This document shows, piece by piece, positions 9,400-18,725 of a stretch of 64,000 nucleotides of DNA (its first letter is position 1; every line of letters starts with the position of its first letter). The translations under genes were made by a program, and so were the position numbers. Below the pieces are notes generated by a model. That model was not told the origin of the DNA. It did not search any database and saw only the letters and a program-made list of their open reading frames with translations. The stretch is from an uncultured Chloroflexia bacterium (GTDB taxonomy: Bacteria; Chloroflexota; Limnocylindria; Limnocylindrales; CSP1-4): assembly GCA_963749705.1 (NCBI GenBank), contig CAVVNQ010000021.1, forward strand, positions 18,094 to 82,093, in the 5' to 3' direction.

Positions 9400-10317
9400 A
9401 TGCGTGATCTCAAGCTCGGACTGGTGCTCCCGCTGTACGAGGACATCGAGACGGGACGCGGGCACCGCTGGGACGAGCTGCGCGCCATGGCGATGCTGGC
9501 CGAGGACATCGGCTTCGACACGGTGTGGATCCCGGACGAGCTCCTGTGGCGGATCGACGACTGGCCCGGGCCGCGCGGCTGGTGGGAGTGCATCGCGATC
9601 GCGGGCGCCGTCGCCGAGGCCACCGAACGGATCGAGGTCGGGACCTGGGTCGTGTCCGCGAACCACCGCAACCCCGGGATCACGGTCCGGGCGGTCGAGA
9701 CGCTCGATGAGATCTCGGATGGACGTTTCGTGTTCGGGTTGGGCGCCGGCAGTGGGGACTCGGAGGCCGAGGCCTTTGGCCTCCCTCTCGATCACGTCGT
9801 GGGGCGGTTCGAGGATGCGCTCGAGATCATCATGCCGCTGCTGCGGACGGGGCGCGCGGACCACGTGGGGCCGTATCACCACGCGAAGGACGTCGAATCG
9901 CGCCCCCGCGGGCCCCGGTCAGGAGCCGTCCCCTTGATGATCGGCGCCGGGGGTCCCAGGACGATCGCGCTGGCCGCGCGGCACGCCGACGTCTGGGGCT
10001 ACTACGCGCGGGAGCGCAGCGAGCCCGCCGAGTTCGCCCCGCTGGTGCGGACCCTCGAGGCGGCGTGCGAAGCGATCGGGCGCGACCCTGCCACCATCGG
10101 CCGGTCAGCCGGGATCTTCGTCGAGCCGACGGACGCGACCGGTTCCGAGGCCGTCGGCTTCGGGGTCCCGGTTCGCGGGTCGCCGGACCAGGTCGCCGAT
10201 GGGTTGCAGGCCTTCACCGCGGTCGGCGTGACGCAGCTCGAGCTGGTGCCCTGGCCAGCCACGATCGAGGCGGTCGAGGCGATGCGCCCGGTGGTCGAGC
10301 TGCTGGATCGCGCCTGA
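9400..10317 (+). CDS. LLM-class flavin/F420-dependent oxidoreductase
   Basis: GFDTVWIPDE, TLDEISDGRFVFGLGAG, PLMIGAGGP. GGAGG RBS. Confidence 0.9.
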   Translation: MRDLKLGLVLPLYEDIETGRGHRWDELRAMAMLAEDIGFDTVWIPDELLWRIDDWPGPRGWWECIAIAGAVAEATERIEVGTWVVSANHRNPGITVRAVETLDEISDGRFVFGLGAGSGDSEAEAFGLPLDHVVGRFEDALEIIMPLLRTGRADHVGPYHHAKDVESRPRGPRSGAVPLMIGAGGPRTIALAARHADVWGYYARERSEPAEFAPLVRTLEAACEAIGRDPATIGRSAGIFVEPTDATGSEAVGFGVPVRGSPDQVADGLQAFTAVGVTQLELVPWPATIEAVEAMRPVVELLDRA

Positions 10318-10319
10318 GC

Positions 10320-10368
10320 CCCTGGCCCCGCTGGCCCCGCTGGACCCGCTGGACCCGCTGGACCCGCC
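10320..10368. repeat. 9-bp tandem repeat (gctggmccc) x~5 at a convergent gene junction
   Basis: ccctggccccgctggccccgctggacccgctggacccgctggacccgcc. Confidence 0.85.
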
Positions 10369-10376
10369 CACGATGT

Positions 10377-10943
10377 TCACGCTGCCGCGCCGTCACCAGC
10401 AGGATCCGGTTCCTCTCGACCTGCCGCCCGGAAGGCCGGACGATCGACGCGTTTCCGAGCCTCCAGGGCAAGGAGCAGGACGGCCGGCAGGACGACAAGG
10501 GCGATGAACCCCCGCGGCCAGGCGAGCCAGGTCAGGAGCACGCCCAGACCCCGCAGGTGCCACAGGACGCGCCCCCGGACCATGCGCGCCGGGACCGGCG
10601 CCGCGTCGGCGCGCGTGTTGGCATCGCCCTGTGTCACGAACTGCAGGCTTGGGGTCTCGATGACCGACGCAACCCGGTGGGTGACGACTCGTCCCGGCTG
10701 AACCGGGTCCTCGAACACGAGCGCCATCCCCGGCTCGACATCACCCGCATCGATGGGGGCGACGACCAGCAGCGACCCGACCGGGTAGGTCGGCGACATG
10801 CTGCCGCTGAGCACGGCCTGGAGCTGGCCGCCCAGCAGCCAGACCGTGACCAGGAAGATCGAGAGGGGCAGCAGGACGGCGACGGCGCCTGCGGAGAGGG
10901 CGGGCAGGACCCACCCCAATCGCGGGCGCACGCGCGGCGCCAC
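10377..10943 (-). CDS. sipW: Signal peptidase I, SipW/ER type
   Basis: VLSGSMSPT (Ser), VTHRV (His), TQGDANTRAD, flanking TM helices. Confidence 0.9.
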   Translation of the reverse strand: MAPRVRPRLGWVLPALSAGAVAVLLPLSIFLVTVWLLGGQLQAVLSGSMSPTYPVGSLLVVAPIDAGDVEPGMALVFEDPVQPGRVVTHRVASVIETPSLQFVTQGDANTRADAAPVPARMVRGRVLWHLRGLGVLLTWLAWPRGFIALVVLPAVLLLALEARKRVDRPAFRAAGREEPDPAGDGAAA

Positions 10944-10944
10944 G

Positions 10945-11700
10945 CTACGGCGCTGTGGCGTCGAATGCGAAGCGCCAGGTCGCCCGATCGCTCTGGGCGG
11001 CCTGGACCTGCTCAGCGGTGGCGCCCGTCGGGTAGAGGATCTGCATCGACGCGCAGAACATCGCGCCGGGCGCGAGCGTGGAGCCGCCCTGGAACGGCAT
11101 CCCGGATGCGACGAGGCCGGGCAGCGTGTTCGAGATCATCCCGAGGTTGGCGCCAGTTCCGAGCTCGAAGACAGCGTCGCAGTCCCACTTGACCAGGTTG
11201 ACGCGAAGCAGCGGGCTGAGCTCGCCGGGGTCGCCCAGGCCGCACGACGCGTCGACCGTCGCCTCGTCACCGGTGCAGCCGATCTCACTGTCGACGAGGT
11301 CGATCGCGGATACCAGGACATCGACCGACGACGATCCGGCGTTCAGGAGACAGAAGTCGCGGGATTGCTGCGGCTCGTCGGACGGCTGCAGGTTCGAGGC
11401 CGCGACAAGGGGCAGCTGCAGGTCCTCGAACCAGGAGTCCCCGCACCCGGTCCCGCCCAGGGACAGATCTGCCGTTGTCAGCGCGACGTCGGCGGCCCGC
11501 GCGATCTCCCCGCTGTCTGCCGTGTTTGGGTCGGTCGTCGCCCGGTCCGTGAAGACGGCGAACAGGCCGACCCCGCTCATCAGCGACACCACGAGCCCGA
11601 GCACGATCACGATCCGGAGGGCATGCGGCGTCACGGCCCCGCCTCCAGGCGTGTGCGTCCCGGTAATCCCGCCCTCGGGCGGCCCGCTGGCCTGGTCCAT
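10945..11700 (-). CDS. TasA/camelysin-like secreted protein with a SipW-type signal peptide
   Basis: Hydrophobic helix then GLFAVFTD (TasA-like cleavage site), NLQPSD, LLNAGS, QAAQSD..TWRFAFDA. Directly upstream of sipW, GGAGG RBS. Confidence 0.75.
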   Translation of the reverse strand: MDQASGPPEGGITGTHTPGGGAVTPHALRIVIVLGLVVSLMSGVGLFAVFTDRATTDPNTADSGEIARAADVALTTADLSLGGTGCGDSWFEDLQLPLVAASNLQPSDEPQQSRDFCLLNAGSSSVDVLVSAIDLVDSEIGCTGDEATVDASCGLGDPGELSPLLRVNLVKWDCDAVFELGTGANLGMISNTLPGLVASGMPFQGGSTLAPGAMFCASMQILYPTGATAEQVQAAQSDRATWRFAFDATAP

Positions 11701-11778
11701 GTTGGTCTCCTCCGATCCCCGTCCGTCACGAGGACCGGCGGCCCTCCCTGGACATGCTCGGGAGTCGAGGTGCGACTG

Positions 11779-11800
11779 CCATCGGTCAAACGACCGATGG
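11779..11800. promoter_or_regulatory. Perfect palindrome CCATCGGTC-AAAC-GACCGATGG upstream of the tasA-like/sipW operon
   Basis: 9-bp arms with a 4-bp spacer, about 80 bp upstream of the start codon. Confidence 0.55.
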
Positions 11801-11928
11801 GCCATCCTGTTTGAGCGGAGCGCCCGGATCCCCTGTGCCCGGGGACGACGGGCCCGGACGACGTGCCAGGTCATGCACGACCAGCGGCGCACCTCTGGGG
11901 CGCGGTCACGGTCGGCGTGTGGTCGGCG

Positions 11929-12687
11929 TCAGCCCGCCTCGTCAACCAGCGCGATCCGGATCCGCTTGTTGATGCGGCCCTTGGACTCGTAGCCGGTGAC
12001 GCGGATCCCGCCGACCTCCCGCGTGTTGGCGACGTGGGTGCCGCCGTCCGCCTGGAGGTCAAGCCCGACGATCTCGATGGTCCGGATCTGCTCGATCCCG
12101 GCCGGCAGGAGGTTGACCTTTGTCCGGATCAGGTCGGGGATCGCGAACGCCTCCTCGCGCGGAAGCACGTTGACGCGGATGTCGTGGGCAGCCGCCAGCT
12201 CCGCGTTGACCGTCGCCTCGATCTCCCCGACCAGGTCGCCCGACATCCGCTCGAACTCGAAGTCCATCCGACCCGCGCCGGGCTCCATGTTGCCGCCCGT
12301 GACCAGCGCGCCGTAGTCGCGCCACACGACGCCGCACAGCGCATGGAGGGCGGTGTGCGTCCGCATCAGCGCGTACCGGCGCGCCCACTCGACGTCGACC
12401 GTGACCCGGTCGCCCGCTCGCGGCAGCTCGCCGTCATCGGGTACCTCGAGCTCGTGGACGATCTCCCCGCCGGCGCGGCGAGCTGCCCGCACGACCCAGG
12501 TTCGCCCGTCGGCGGCGCGGAGGATCGTCCCACGGTCCGATGGCTGGCCGCCACCACCCGGGTAGAACGCGGTCGATTCGAGGACGATCAGCGGCGGGCC
12601 GTCAGCTCCGCCAACCTCGAGCACGCGCGACTCGAGCGTGCGCGCATACGCGTCCCGGTAGCAGACCTCGTCGACCCGGGGCGTCAC
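11929..12687 (-). CDS. alaX: Alanyl-tRNA editing protein AlaX
   Basis: TAFYPGGGGQPSDRG, MRTHTALH, DLQADGGTHV, SKGRINKRIRI. Confidence 0.93.
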   Translation of the reverse strand: MTPRVDEVCYRDAYARTLESRVLEVGGADGPPLIVLESTAFYPGGGGQPSDRGTILRAADGRTWVVRAARRAGGEIVHELEVPDDGELPRAGDRVTVDVEWARRYALMRTHTALHALCGVVWRDYGALVTGGNMEPGAGRMDFEFERMSGDLVGEIEATVNAELAAAHDIRVNVLPREEAFAIPDLIRTKVNLLPAGIEQIRTIEIVGLDLQADGGTHVANTREVGGIRVTGYESKGRINKRIRIALVDEAG

Positions 12688-12697
12688 GCCGGGCGCC

Positions 12698-13192
12698 TCA
12701 GCCGCCCACCGTGAGCGTGCCGGTCATGTTGGGGTGGATCGTGCACACGAACTGGTAGGTGCCGGCCGCGAGGGCTGGCACGTTGTAGTCGGTCGCGGCG
12801 GGTCCGGTCACGACGTCGCCCTTGAACACCTGCGTCCCGCTGGCGTCCTTGATCGCGATGTCGTGCGGCACGCTGGCGTCCTTGTTGTCGAAGTGGATCA
12901 CGAACGGCGCGTCCGCGGGCGCGCTGACGTCGCTCTGCTCGAACGCGATGTTGAGCGCGGAGATCTGGACGGTCGCGCCGCCCGTGCCCCCGGATGCTGC
13001 CTCGGTTGGCGCGGCGGAGGCCGCCGCCGACGGCGCCTCCGAGGGCACGGCCGATGCATCGCCCGACGCGGCCGGCTGCGACGCCGGCGCCTCGGTCGGC
13101 GCGGCATAGGTCCAGCCCGGGCTCTCGGTCGCACAGGCGGCGGCGGACAGGGCGATGAGCGTCAGGGACAGCGCGATCAGCGGGCGGCGCAT
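12698..13192 (-). CDS. Cupredoxin (type-1 copper) lipoprotein
   Basis: Lipobox SAAAC, VPHDI, YQFVCTIHPNM (C-H-M ligands). Confidence 0.88.
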   Translation of the reverse strand: MRRPLIALSLTLIALSAAACATESPGWTYAAPTEAPASQPAASGDASAVPSEAPSAAASAAPTEAASGGTGGATVQISALNIAFEQSDVSAPADAPFVIHFDNKDASVPHDIAIKDASGTQVFKGDVVTGPAATDYNVPALAAGTYQFVCTIHPNMTGTLTVGG

Positions 13193-13293
13193 CGAAACCT
13201 CGGGTGATGACGATGTTGGGACCCTCGGATGCTAGCGCCGCTGCGCATCGAGCGCGCTGACCGGGGTCCCGGGCCGCATTCGCCCGGACTATT

Positions 13294-13335
13294 TTGCAAA
13301 AGAGTCTTGGCAAAGGTTCCTTTGTGATGTAGGAT
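13294..13335 (+). promoter_or_regulatory. Overlapping imperfect palindromes (probable autoregulatory operator) plus -10 TAGGAT of the ArsR-MFS operon
   Basis: TGCAAAAGAGTCTTGGCA overlaps GGCAAAGGTTCCTTTGTG. TAGGAT lies 6 nt before the ATG. Confidence 0.6.
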
Positions 13336-13341
13336 CCCGCC

Positions 13342-14049
13342 ATGAACGAACGACGCACACCCCAACCCGTCCCGCGCGAACCGGGACCGGGCGCGGCATT
13401 CGATCCTCGGCGCGACGATGTCGTATCGCCCGACGCGCGGTCCCTGCGAGGGCTGGCGCATCCGCTCCGGCTCCAGCTGCTCGGCCTGCTTCGCGTCGAC
13501 GGACCGGCCACCGCAACGCAGCTCGCAGCGCGTACCGGCCAGTCGAGCGGCGCGACCAGCTATCACCTCCGACAGCTGGCAGCCTACGGGTTCGTGGTCG
13601 AGGATGCGGAGCGGACGACCGGGAAGCGTGACCGCTACTGGCGGGCGGCCCACCGGACCACGATGTTCGACCAGCTGCCGGACACGGACGAGGAGAGCCG
13701 GGCCCTCGGCGAGGAGTACCTCCGGATCGTCGCCGATGCCAGCGCCCGGCGCGTGCAGGCCGCGATCGCGGGGCTGGCGACCATCGACGAGGACCTCGGG
13801 CCCGGCTGGCTTGACGGGTTCACGATGAGCGACCTGGTCCTGCGCCTGACGCTGCCCGAGGCCCGAGCGCTGATCGCCGACCTCGAGTCGGTCGCCGCGC
13901 GCCGGCGGCAGGACGATCCCGATGACCGGGCAGCGGCACCGGCCGGGGCGCAGCGGGTCGTGATCCAGTTCCAGGTCCTGCCCGCAGCATCGCCGGCCAC
14001 CCCGGAAGCGCCCGCCGGGACCCGAGCGGAGGACGACCTCGATGCCTGA
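13342..14049 (+). CDS. ArsR-family winged-helix transcriptional regulator
   Basis: LRGLAHPLRLQLL...ATATQLA...SYHLRQLAAYGFV...RDRYW. Confidence 0.92.
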   Translation: MNERRTPQPVPREPGPGAAFDPRRDDVVSPDARSLRGLAHPLRLQLLGLLRVDGPATATQLAARTGQSSGATSYHLRQLAAYGFVVEDAERTTGKRDRYWRAAHRTTMFDQLPDTDEESRALGEEYLRIVADASARRVQAAIAGLATIDEDLGPGWLDGFTMSDLVLRLTLPEARALIADLESVAARRRQDDPDDRAAAPAGAQRVVIQFQVLPAASPATPEAPAGTRAEDDLDA

Positions 14050-15367
14050 CACCGCGGCGAACCACAAGCCGTCCCGGTCTCGCCGGGGCCTGGCCGGGCT
14101 CCTGGCGGCCAACTTCGTGTCGATCCTCGGCACCCGGATGTCGATGCTCGCGCTGCCCTGGTTCGTGCTGGTCACGACCGGCAGCGCGGCCGAGACCGGG
14201 CTGGTCGTGTTCGCCGAGATGGCGCCGTACGTGCTGGTCCAGGGGTTCGGCGGGCCGGTGGTCGACCGGTTCGGGACCTGGCGGATCTCGATCGCCAGCG
14301 ACGCGATCGCGGCATGCATGCTCGGCCTGGTGCCCCTGGTCTACGTGACCGGCGGGCTGTCGCTGGGCGTGATCATGGCGCTGGTGGCCGTTGCCGGTGC
14401 CGTCCGCGGCGCCGGCGACACCGCCCGGCACGTGCTCGTGCCCGGCCTCGCCGACGCTGCCGCCACGCCCCTCGAGCGTGCGAGCGGCTGGTACGACGCG
14501 GTCAGCCGCGGCGCGGGCATGATCGGCGCTCCCCTGGCGGGGGTGCTCATCGCCGTGGCGTCGGCGCCGGCGGTGCTGGCCATCGATGCCGCCACGTTCA
14601 TCGTGTCCGCCGTCGCCGTCGCCGTGTTGGTCCCCAGGTCGGCCCAGCCGGGATCGGGGACCACCCTCGACGATCCGGGTGCGGTCGCCGAGCCCGGGGC
14701 TTCGTACCTCGCATCGCTGCGCGAGGGGTTCGCCCACCTGGGCGCCGACCGGCTCCTGCTCGGGATCGCGTGCATGATCCTGGTGACCAACCTGCTCGAC
14801 CAGGCATTCAGCGCGGTCCTCGCGCCCGTGTGGGCGAACGAGGTGACCGGCAGCCCGGTGGTCCTGGGGATGATGGGTGCGGTCATGGGCGTCGGCGCCC
14901 TGATCGGCAACGGTTCGGCTGCCTGGCTCGGACCCCGCCTGCCGCGCCGGTGGACGTTCGCCTGGGGCTTCCTGCTCGCCGGCGGGCCGCGCTACTTCAT
15001 CCTCGCGGCCGTGTCGTCGGTCTCGCCGGTGCTGGCGATCAGCTTCCTGGCCGGGCTCGGCGCGGGCGGCATCAACCCGATCCTCGGCGCGGTCGAGTTC
15101 GAGCGGATCCCGCGCCACCTCCAGACCCGGGTGCTCGGGGCGCTCGGCGCAACGGCGTGGGCCGGGATCCCGTTCGGGGCGCTGGTCGGCGGGGCGCTGG
15201 TGGAGCAGCTCGGGCTGCAGGGGGCGCTGGCCGCCACCGGGGCGGCGTACCTGGTGACGACGCTGGCACCGTTCGTGTTCCCCGTCTGGCGCCAGATGGA
15301 CCGGCCAGCCGCGACGAGCTCCGCGGCGCCGGACGCAGAAGCGGAGGCCGACCGACCCGCGGCGTAA
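14042..15367 (+). CDS. MFS transporter (DHA3-like efflux)
   Basis: About 12 TM helices, GPVVDRFG motif A, overlaps the regulator stop codon. Confidence 0.92.
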   Translation: MPDTAANHKPSRSRRGLAGLLAANFVSILGTRMSMLALPWFVLVTTGSAAETGLVVFAEMAPYVLVQGFGGPVVDRFGTWRISIASDAIAACMLGLVPLVYVTGGLSLGVIMALVAVAGAVRGAGDTARHVLVPGLADAAATPLERASGWYDAVSRGAGMIGAPLAGVLIAVASAPAVLAIDAATFIVSAVAVAVLVPRSAQPGSGTTLDDPGAVAEPGASYLASLREGFAHLGADRLLLGIACMILVTNLLDQAFSAVLAPVWANEVTGSPVVLGMMGAVMGVGALIGNGSAAWLGPRLPRRWTFAWGFLLAGGPRYFILAAVSSVSPVLAISFLAGLGAGGINPILGAVEFERIPRHLQTRVLGALGATAWAGIPFGALVGGALVEQLGLQGALAATGAAYLVTTLAPFVFPVWRQMDRPAATSSAAPDAEAEADRPAA

Positions 15368-15411
15368 GCGTCAGCGGCATCGCCTCGGGCGCCAAGGCCG
15401 GCCGGCGATCC

Positions 15412-18400
15412 TCAGGGGCCGGGAGCCGCAGCGCCGCCCTCCTCGAGACCCAGCCGGATCGCGACCGCGGCGGCCTCGACCCGTCCGGACACGCCGAGCT
15501 TGGACAGGATGTTGCCGACGTGCACGCCCACGGTCTTCTGGCTGATGAACAGCCGGTCGCCGATCTCCCGGTTGGTGCGGCCCTTCGCGATCCACGCGAG
15601 CACCTCGAGCTCGCGCTTGGACAGCCCGAACGTGTCCCCGCCCGCCGGGGTTCGTGCGCCGCCGGGGCCCGGGACCGGCGGCGGTCCCGACGCCTGGACG
15701 ACGGGGCCGGGCGCAACCGAGGTTCGCGGCTGGACGGGCGCCGGCGCCGGTGCCTCGAGCATCGCGTCGACCTCGGGCGGCAGCGTGATCAGGGCACGTC
15801 CTCCCAGGTCGCGGAGGGCCCGCAGCAGCGGCCGGGCGTGCAGGGCCATCGCGAGGTCCACCGCACGGATCAGGGGTTCCCGTGCCTCGGCGCGCGCGAG
15901 CCGGGCGTCGGTCCTGACCCTGGTGCCCGCCGCGCTGCCGGCGATGGCCAGGTTGAGGCTCGCCTCCGCCTGGCGCCACAGGGCGCGCGCCTCGCGGTAC
16001 GGATCGCCGAGCTCCTGCCACCTCGCCGCCAGGCTTGCCCACCGCGCCGGGTCGTCCCGGCCATGGAGCCGCTCGTGGAACGCGCGCGCGGTGGCCAGGC
16101 TGGTACCGGGCTCGCGACCGGCGCTCGCCGGCGCCTCCAGGCCGGCGCGGGCCACGGCGGCCTCCGCCTCGGCCAGCATCCGGCCCGCGCGCTCCCGCGA
16201 GGCGGCCACGTCCGCGATCCGGCGCTTCTCGAGCGCGGCGGCCACGATCGCCGACTCGACCTCGAGCGCGGTCGCCGCCATCCGCGCGACGAGGACCCAG
16301 TCCTCCGTCCCGCGCAGGCGTGCCCAGCCACGCTCGATCGCGCGGCGCGCGTCGGCGAGGTCACCGCTCCACATCGCGTACGACGCGGTCGCCTGGTAGG
16401 CGGGGACGGCGAACTGGAGATCACCGCCCGTCTCGAGCTCGACCAGGATCCGGCCCAGCAGCCGGCCCGCCTCCTCGCCGGCCTCCGACTCGATCTCGAC
16501 GAGCACCAGGTTGATCAGGGCGTTGACGAACGGCACGCCGGCGGGGCTCCAGTCCAGCGCCCGGAGGCTCAGCTCTCGCGCCTCCGACCATCGCCCCACG
16601 TCGACCAGCAGCCCGGCGACGTTGCCGCCCAGCAGGTTGCCGTAGATCGCGTCGAGGTCGTTGGCGCGCGCCTCCTCCATGTCCCGGAAGGCGACGTCGA
16701 TCGCCTCCTGCTGCCGCCCGAGCAGCTCCAGCACGACCGCCATGTTCGCGCCGGCCCGCCACCACTCCTCCATCAGGCCGAGGGCGCGCGAACGCTCGAC
16801 CGCCTGCTCGAGGATCGGCAGCGCGGACTCCGGATCGTCGCCCCAGCCCTTGACCACCGCGAGCGTCGTCATGGCATGGATCGCCTCGGGCTCGGCCGAT
16901 GGGCCCAGGCCGTCCGTGATCGCGAGCGCCTCGGTTGCCGCGCGCTCGGCGTCGCGGAACGCGCCCGCGATCATCCGCTCCTGGGCAAGGAGCGCGAGGA
17001 TCCGGGCGCGCTCGATCGACGGTGCAGCCGGCACGACGTCCGCCGCTCGCCGGAGCGCCGTCGTGGCGCCGGCGGCATCGCCCGCCGCCAGCCGGTAGCG
17101 TCCGAGCCGCGCCTCGAGGACCCCGTGCCGTACGCGATCGCTCCGCTCGCGCAGCGCCCCGATCGCCGCCTCCGCGTAGGCAACCGCGCGGGTCGGGCGG
17201 AGCGCGGCCAATGCGGCCTCCGCCGCCTCGTCCTGGAGACCGCCGGTCACCTCGTCAGCGAGCCCGTCATCCTCGGGCTGCGGGAGCTCGAGCGCGATCT
17301 CGAACGCGGCCAGCGCGTCCTCGGGCGCATCGACGGTCATCGCCAGGCGGCCCGCGCGGATCGCGGCGTCGCGCGCCTCCGGCAGCCGGTGCGCCGCGCG
17401 CCAGTGCATGGCCGCCACGATGGGCACGTCCTCGAACGCCCGGGCCACCGCGGCGCGGTACCGTGGCAGCTGCGTCGGCAGCAGGTCGCCGACCACGGCC
17501 CGGGCGACCATCTCGTGACGGATCCGCATCCGGCCCTCGGCGCCGGCGCGCACGAAGCCGTGCTCCAGCGCCTCGTCGAGACCGGCCGAGAGGTCGGCGT
17601 CCATCAGCGTTCCGGCGCGCCTGGGCAGGGACGTCGAGCGCGGCGGGAGGCGGGTCTGGGGCCCGGCCTCGAACGTCGCGGCGGTGAGCGCCAGCTGGCT
17701 GCGATCCATCGCGCGCTCGGCCGGTGCCATCAGCCGCAGCACCCGCCGGCACTCGGGAGATCGTCGCTGGAGCCGGGCCGCGACGAGGTCCGACAGCGTC
17801 CCGGTGAGGGTCGCGTTGCGAACCTCGCGCCGCGCGGCGACCAGCTCCTCGACCACCATCGGCGAGCCACCCGAGCGCTCCGAGACGAGGACCACGATCG
17901 AGGCCGAGGGTCGCTCGCCCTCGATGCCCTCGATCATCCGCGCGATCTCCCGGCGAGCCATGGGCTGGAGCTCGATGTTGACCGGCGGGCGGAGCCCGCC
18001 CTCGATGATCGCGAGGTTCTCGCGCAGCGGGTGCTCGCGCGTCATGCGGTCCGGCTGGTAGGTGACGATGAGGGTCAGTCGCTCGTCCCGCGCGATCCGG
18101 GCGACGAACGTGGCGAATGCCCGGGTGGCGGCGTCGGCGACATGGAGGTCCTCGAGCACGATCACGAGGGGCTGCTCGACGGCAAGCCGCCCCAGCCAGC
18201 TCAGGAGCGCTGCGAGGGCCCTGGGTTGCCGGCGCTCCGGATCGGCGAGCGCGCTGACCGGCGGCGCCGACAGCTCCGCCGCGAGCTCGGGCATCCCGGG
18301 CAGGGCGAGCAGCAGGGAGCGCGAATCCCTGCGGAGCAGCCCCAGCCGCTCATCGCGGGGACGGGACGAGAGCACCGGTCCCAGCGCCTCGAGCACGGCG

Positions 18401-18636
18401 GCCCATGGCGTATCGACCGGCCCTTCGGCGCGGCCGCGCATGACCAGCGGCGGTGTGGGTGACGACGCGGCGCGCGCGAGCGCCTCGTCGATGAACCGGG
18501 AGGCGCCCATGCCCGCGCTCGAGGCGACGACCACGGTTGTCGCACCGCCGGTCGCACCCGACTCGATGGCCGCCCCGACCTGCGCGAGCTCCGGCTCGCG
18601 CCCGATGTACTGGCGGCTGACGACTCTGCCCGGCAT
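15412..18636 (-). CDS. Large STAND/LAL-type regulator (AAA ATPase + helical repeats + LuxR HTH) with a degenerate Walker A
   Basis: IGREPEL, SSAGMGASR, IVLEDLH, SGGSP, LSKRELEVL..IAKGRTNREIG..LFISQKTV..HV.NIL.KL. Confidence 0.9.
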   Translation of the reverse strand: MPGRVVSRQYIGREPELAQVGAAIESGATGGATTVVVASSAGMGASRFIDEALARAASSPTPPLVMRGRAEGPVDTPWAAVLEALGPVLSSRPRDERLGLLRRDSRSLLLALPGMPELAAELSAPPVSALADPERRQPRALAALLSWLGRLAVEQPLVIVLEDLHVADAATRAFATFVARIARDERLTLIVTYQPDRMTREHPLRENLAIIEGGLRPPVNIELQPMARREIARMIEGIEGERPSASIVVLVSERSGGSPMVVEELVAARREVRNATLTGTLSDLVAARLQRRSPECRRVLRLMAPAERAMDRSQLALTAATFEAGPQTRLPPRSTSLPRRAGTLMDADLSAGLDEALEHGFVRAGAEGRMRIRHEMVARAVVGDLLPTQLPRYRAAVARAFEDVPIVAAMHWRAAHRLPEARDAAIRAGRLAMTVDAPEDALAAFEIALELPQPEDDGLADEVTGGLQDEAAEAALAALRPTRAVAYAEAAIGALRERSDRVRHGVLEARLGRYRLAAGDAAGATTALRRAADVVPAAPSIERARILALLAQERMIAGAFRDAERAATEALAITDGLGPSAEPEAIHAMTTLAVVKGWGDDPESALPILEQAVERSRALGLMEEWWRAGANMAVVLELLGRQQEAIDVAFRDMEEARANDLDAIYGNLLGGNVAGLLVDVGRWSEARELSLRALDWSPAGVPFVNALINLVLVEIESEAGEEAGRLLGRILVELETGGDLQFAVPAYQATASYAMWSGDLADARRAIERGWARLRGTEDWVLVARMAATALEVESAIVAAALEKRRIADVAASRERAGRMLAEAEAAVARAGLEAPASAGREPGTSLATARAFHERLHGRDDPARWASLAARWQELGDPYREARALWRQAEASLNLAIAGSAAGTRVRTDARLARAEAREPLIRAVDLAMALHARPLLRALRDLGGRALITLPPEVDAMLEAPAPAPVQPRTSVAPGPVVQASGPPPVPGPGGARTPAGGDTFGLSKRELEVLAWIAKGRTNREIGDRLFISQKTVGVHVGNILSKLGVSGRVEAAAVAIRLGLEEGGAAAPGP

Positions 18637-18725
18637 CAGGGCATTGTAGGGACGCCACACGGGCCCCAGATGGCCGGCCGCCCGTGGCCGGCCACGACGA
18701 TGGCGGCGGCCGGTACGCTTCCCGG

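Noticed and set aside
12030-12060. AlaX zinc motif ADGGTH instead of CGGTH
   Set aside because: The Asp variant is, to my knowledge, common among bacterial AlaX proteins and is not evidence of inactivation.
14314-18462. 1382-aa ORF on the + strand, and many other long overlapping ORFs
   Set aside because: These are Arg/Gly/Pro-rich shadow frames of real genes (here the MFS and the antisense LuxR regulator), as expected at very high GC.
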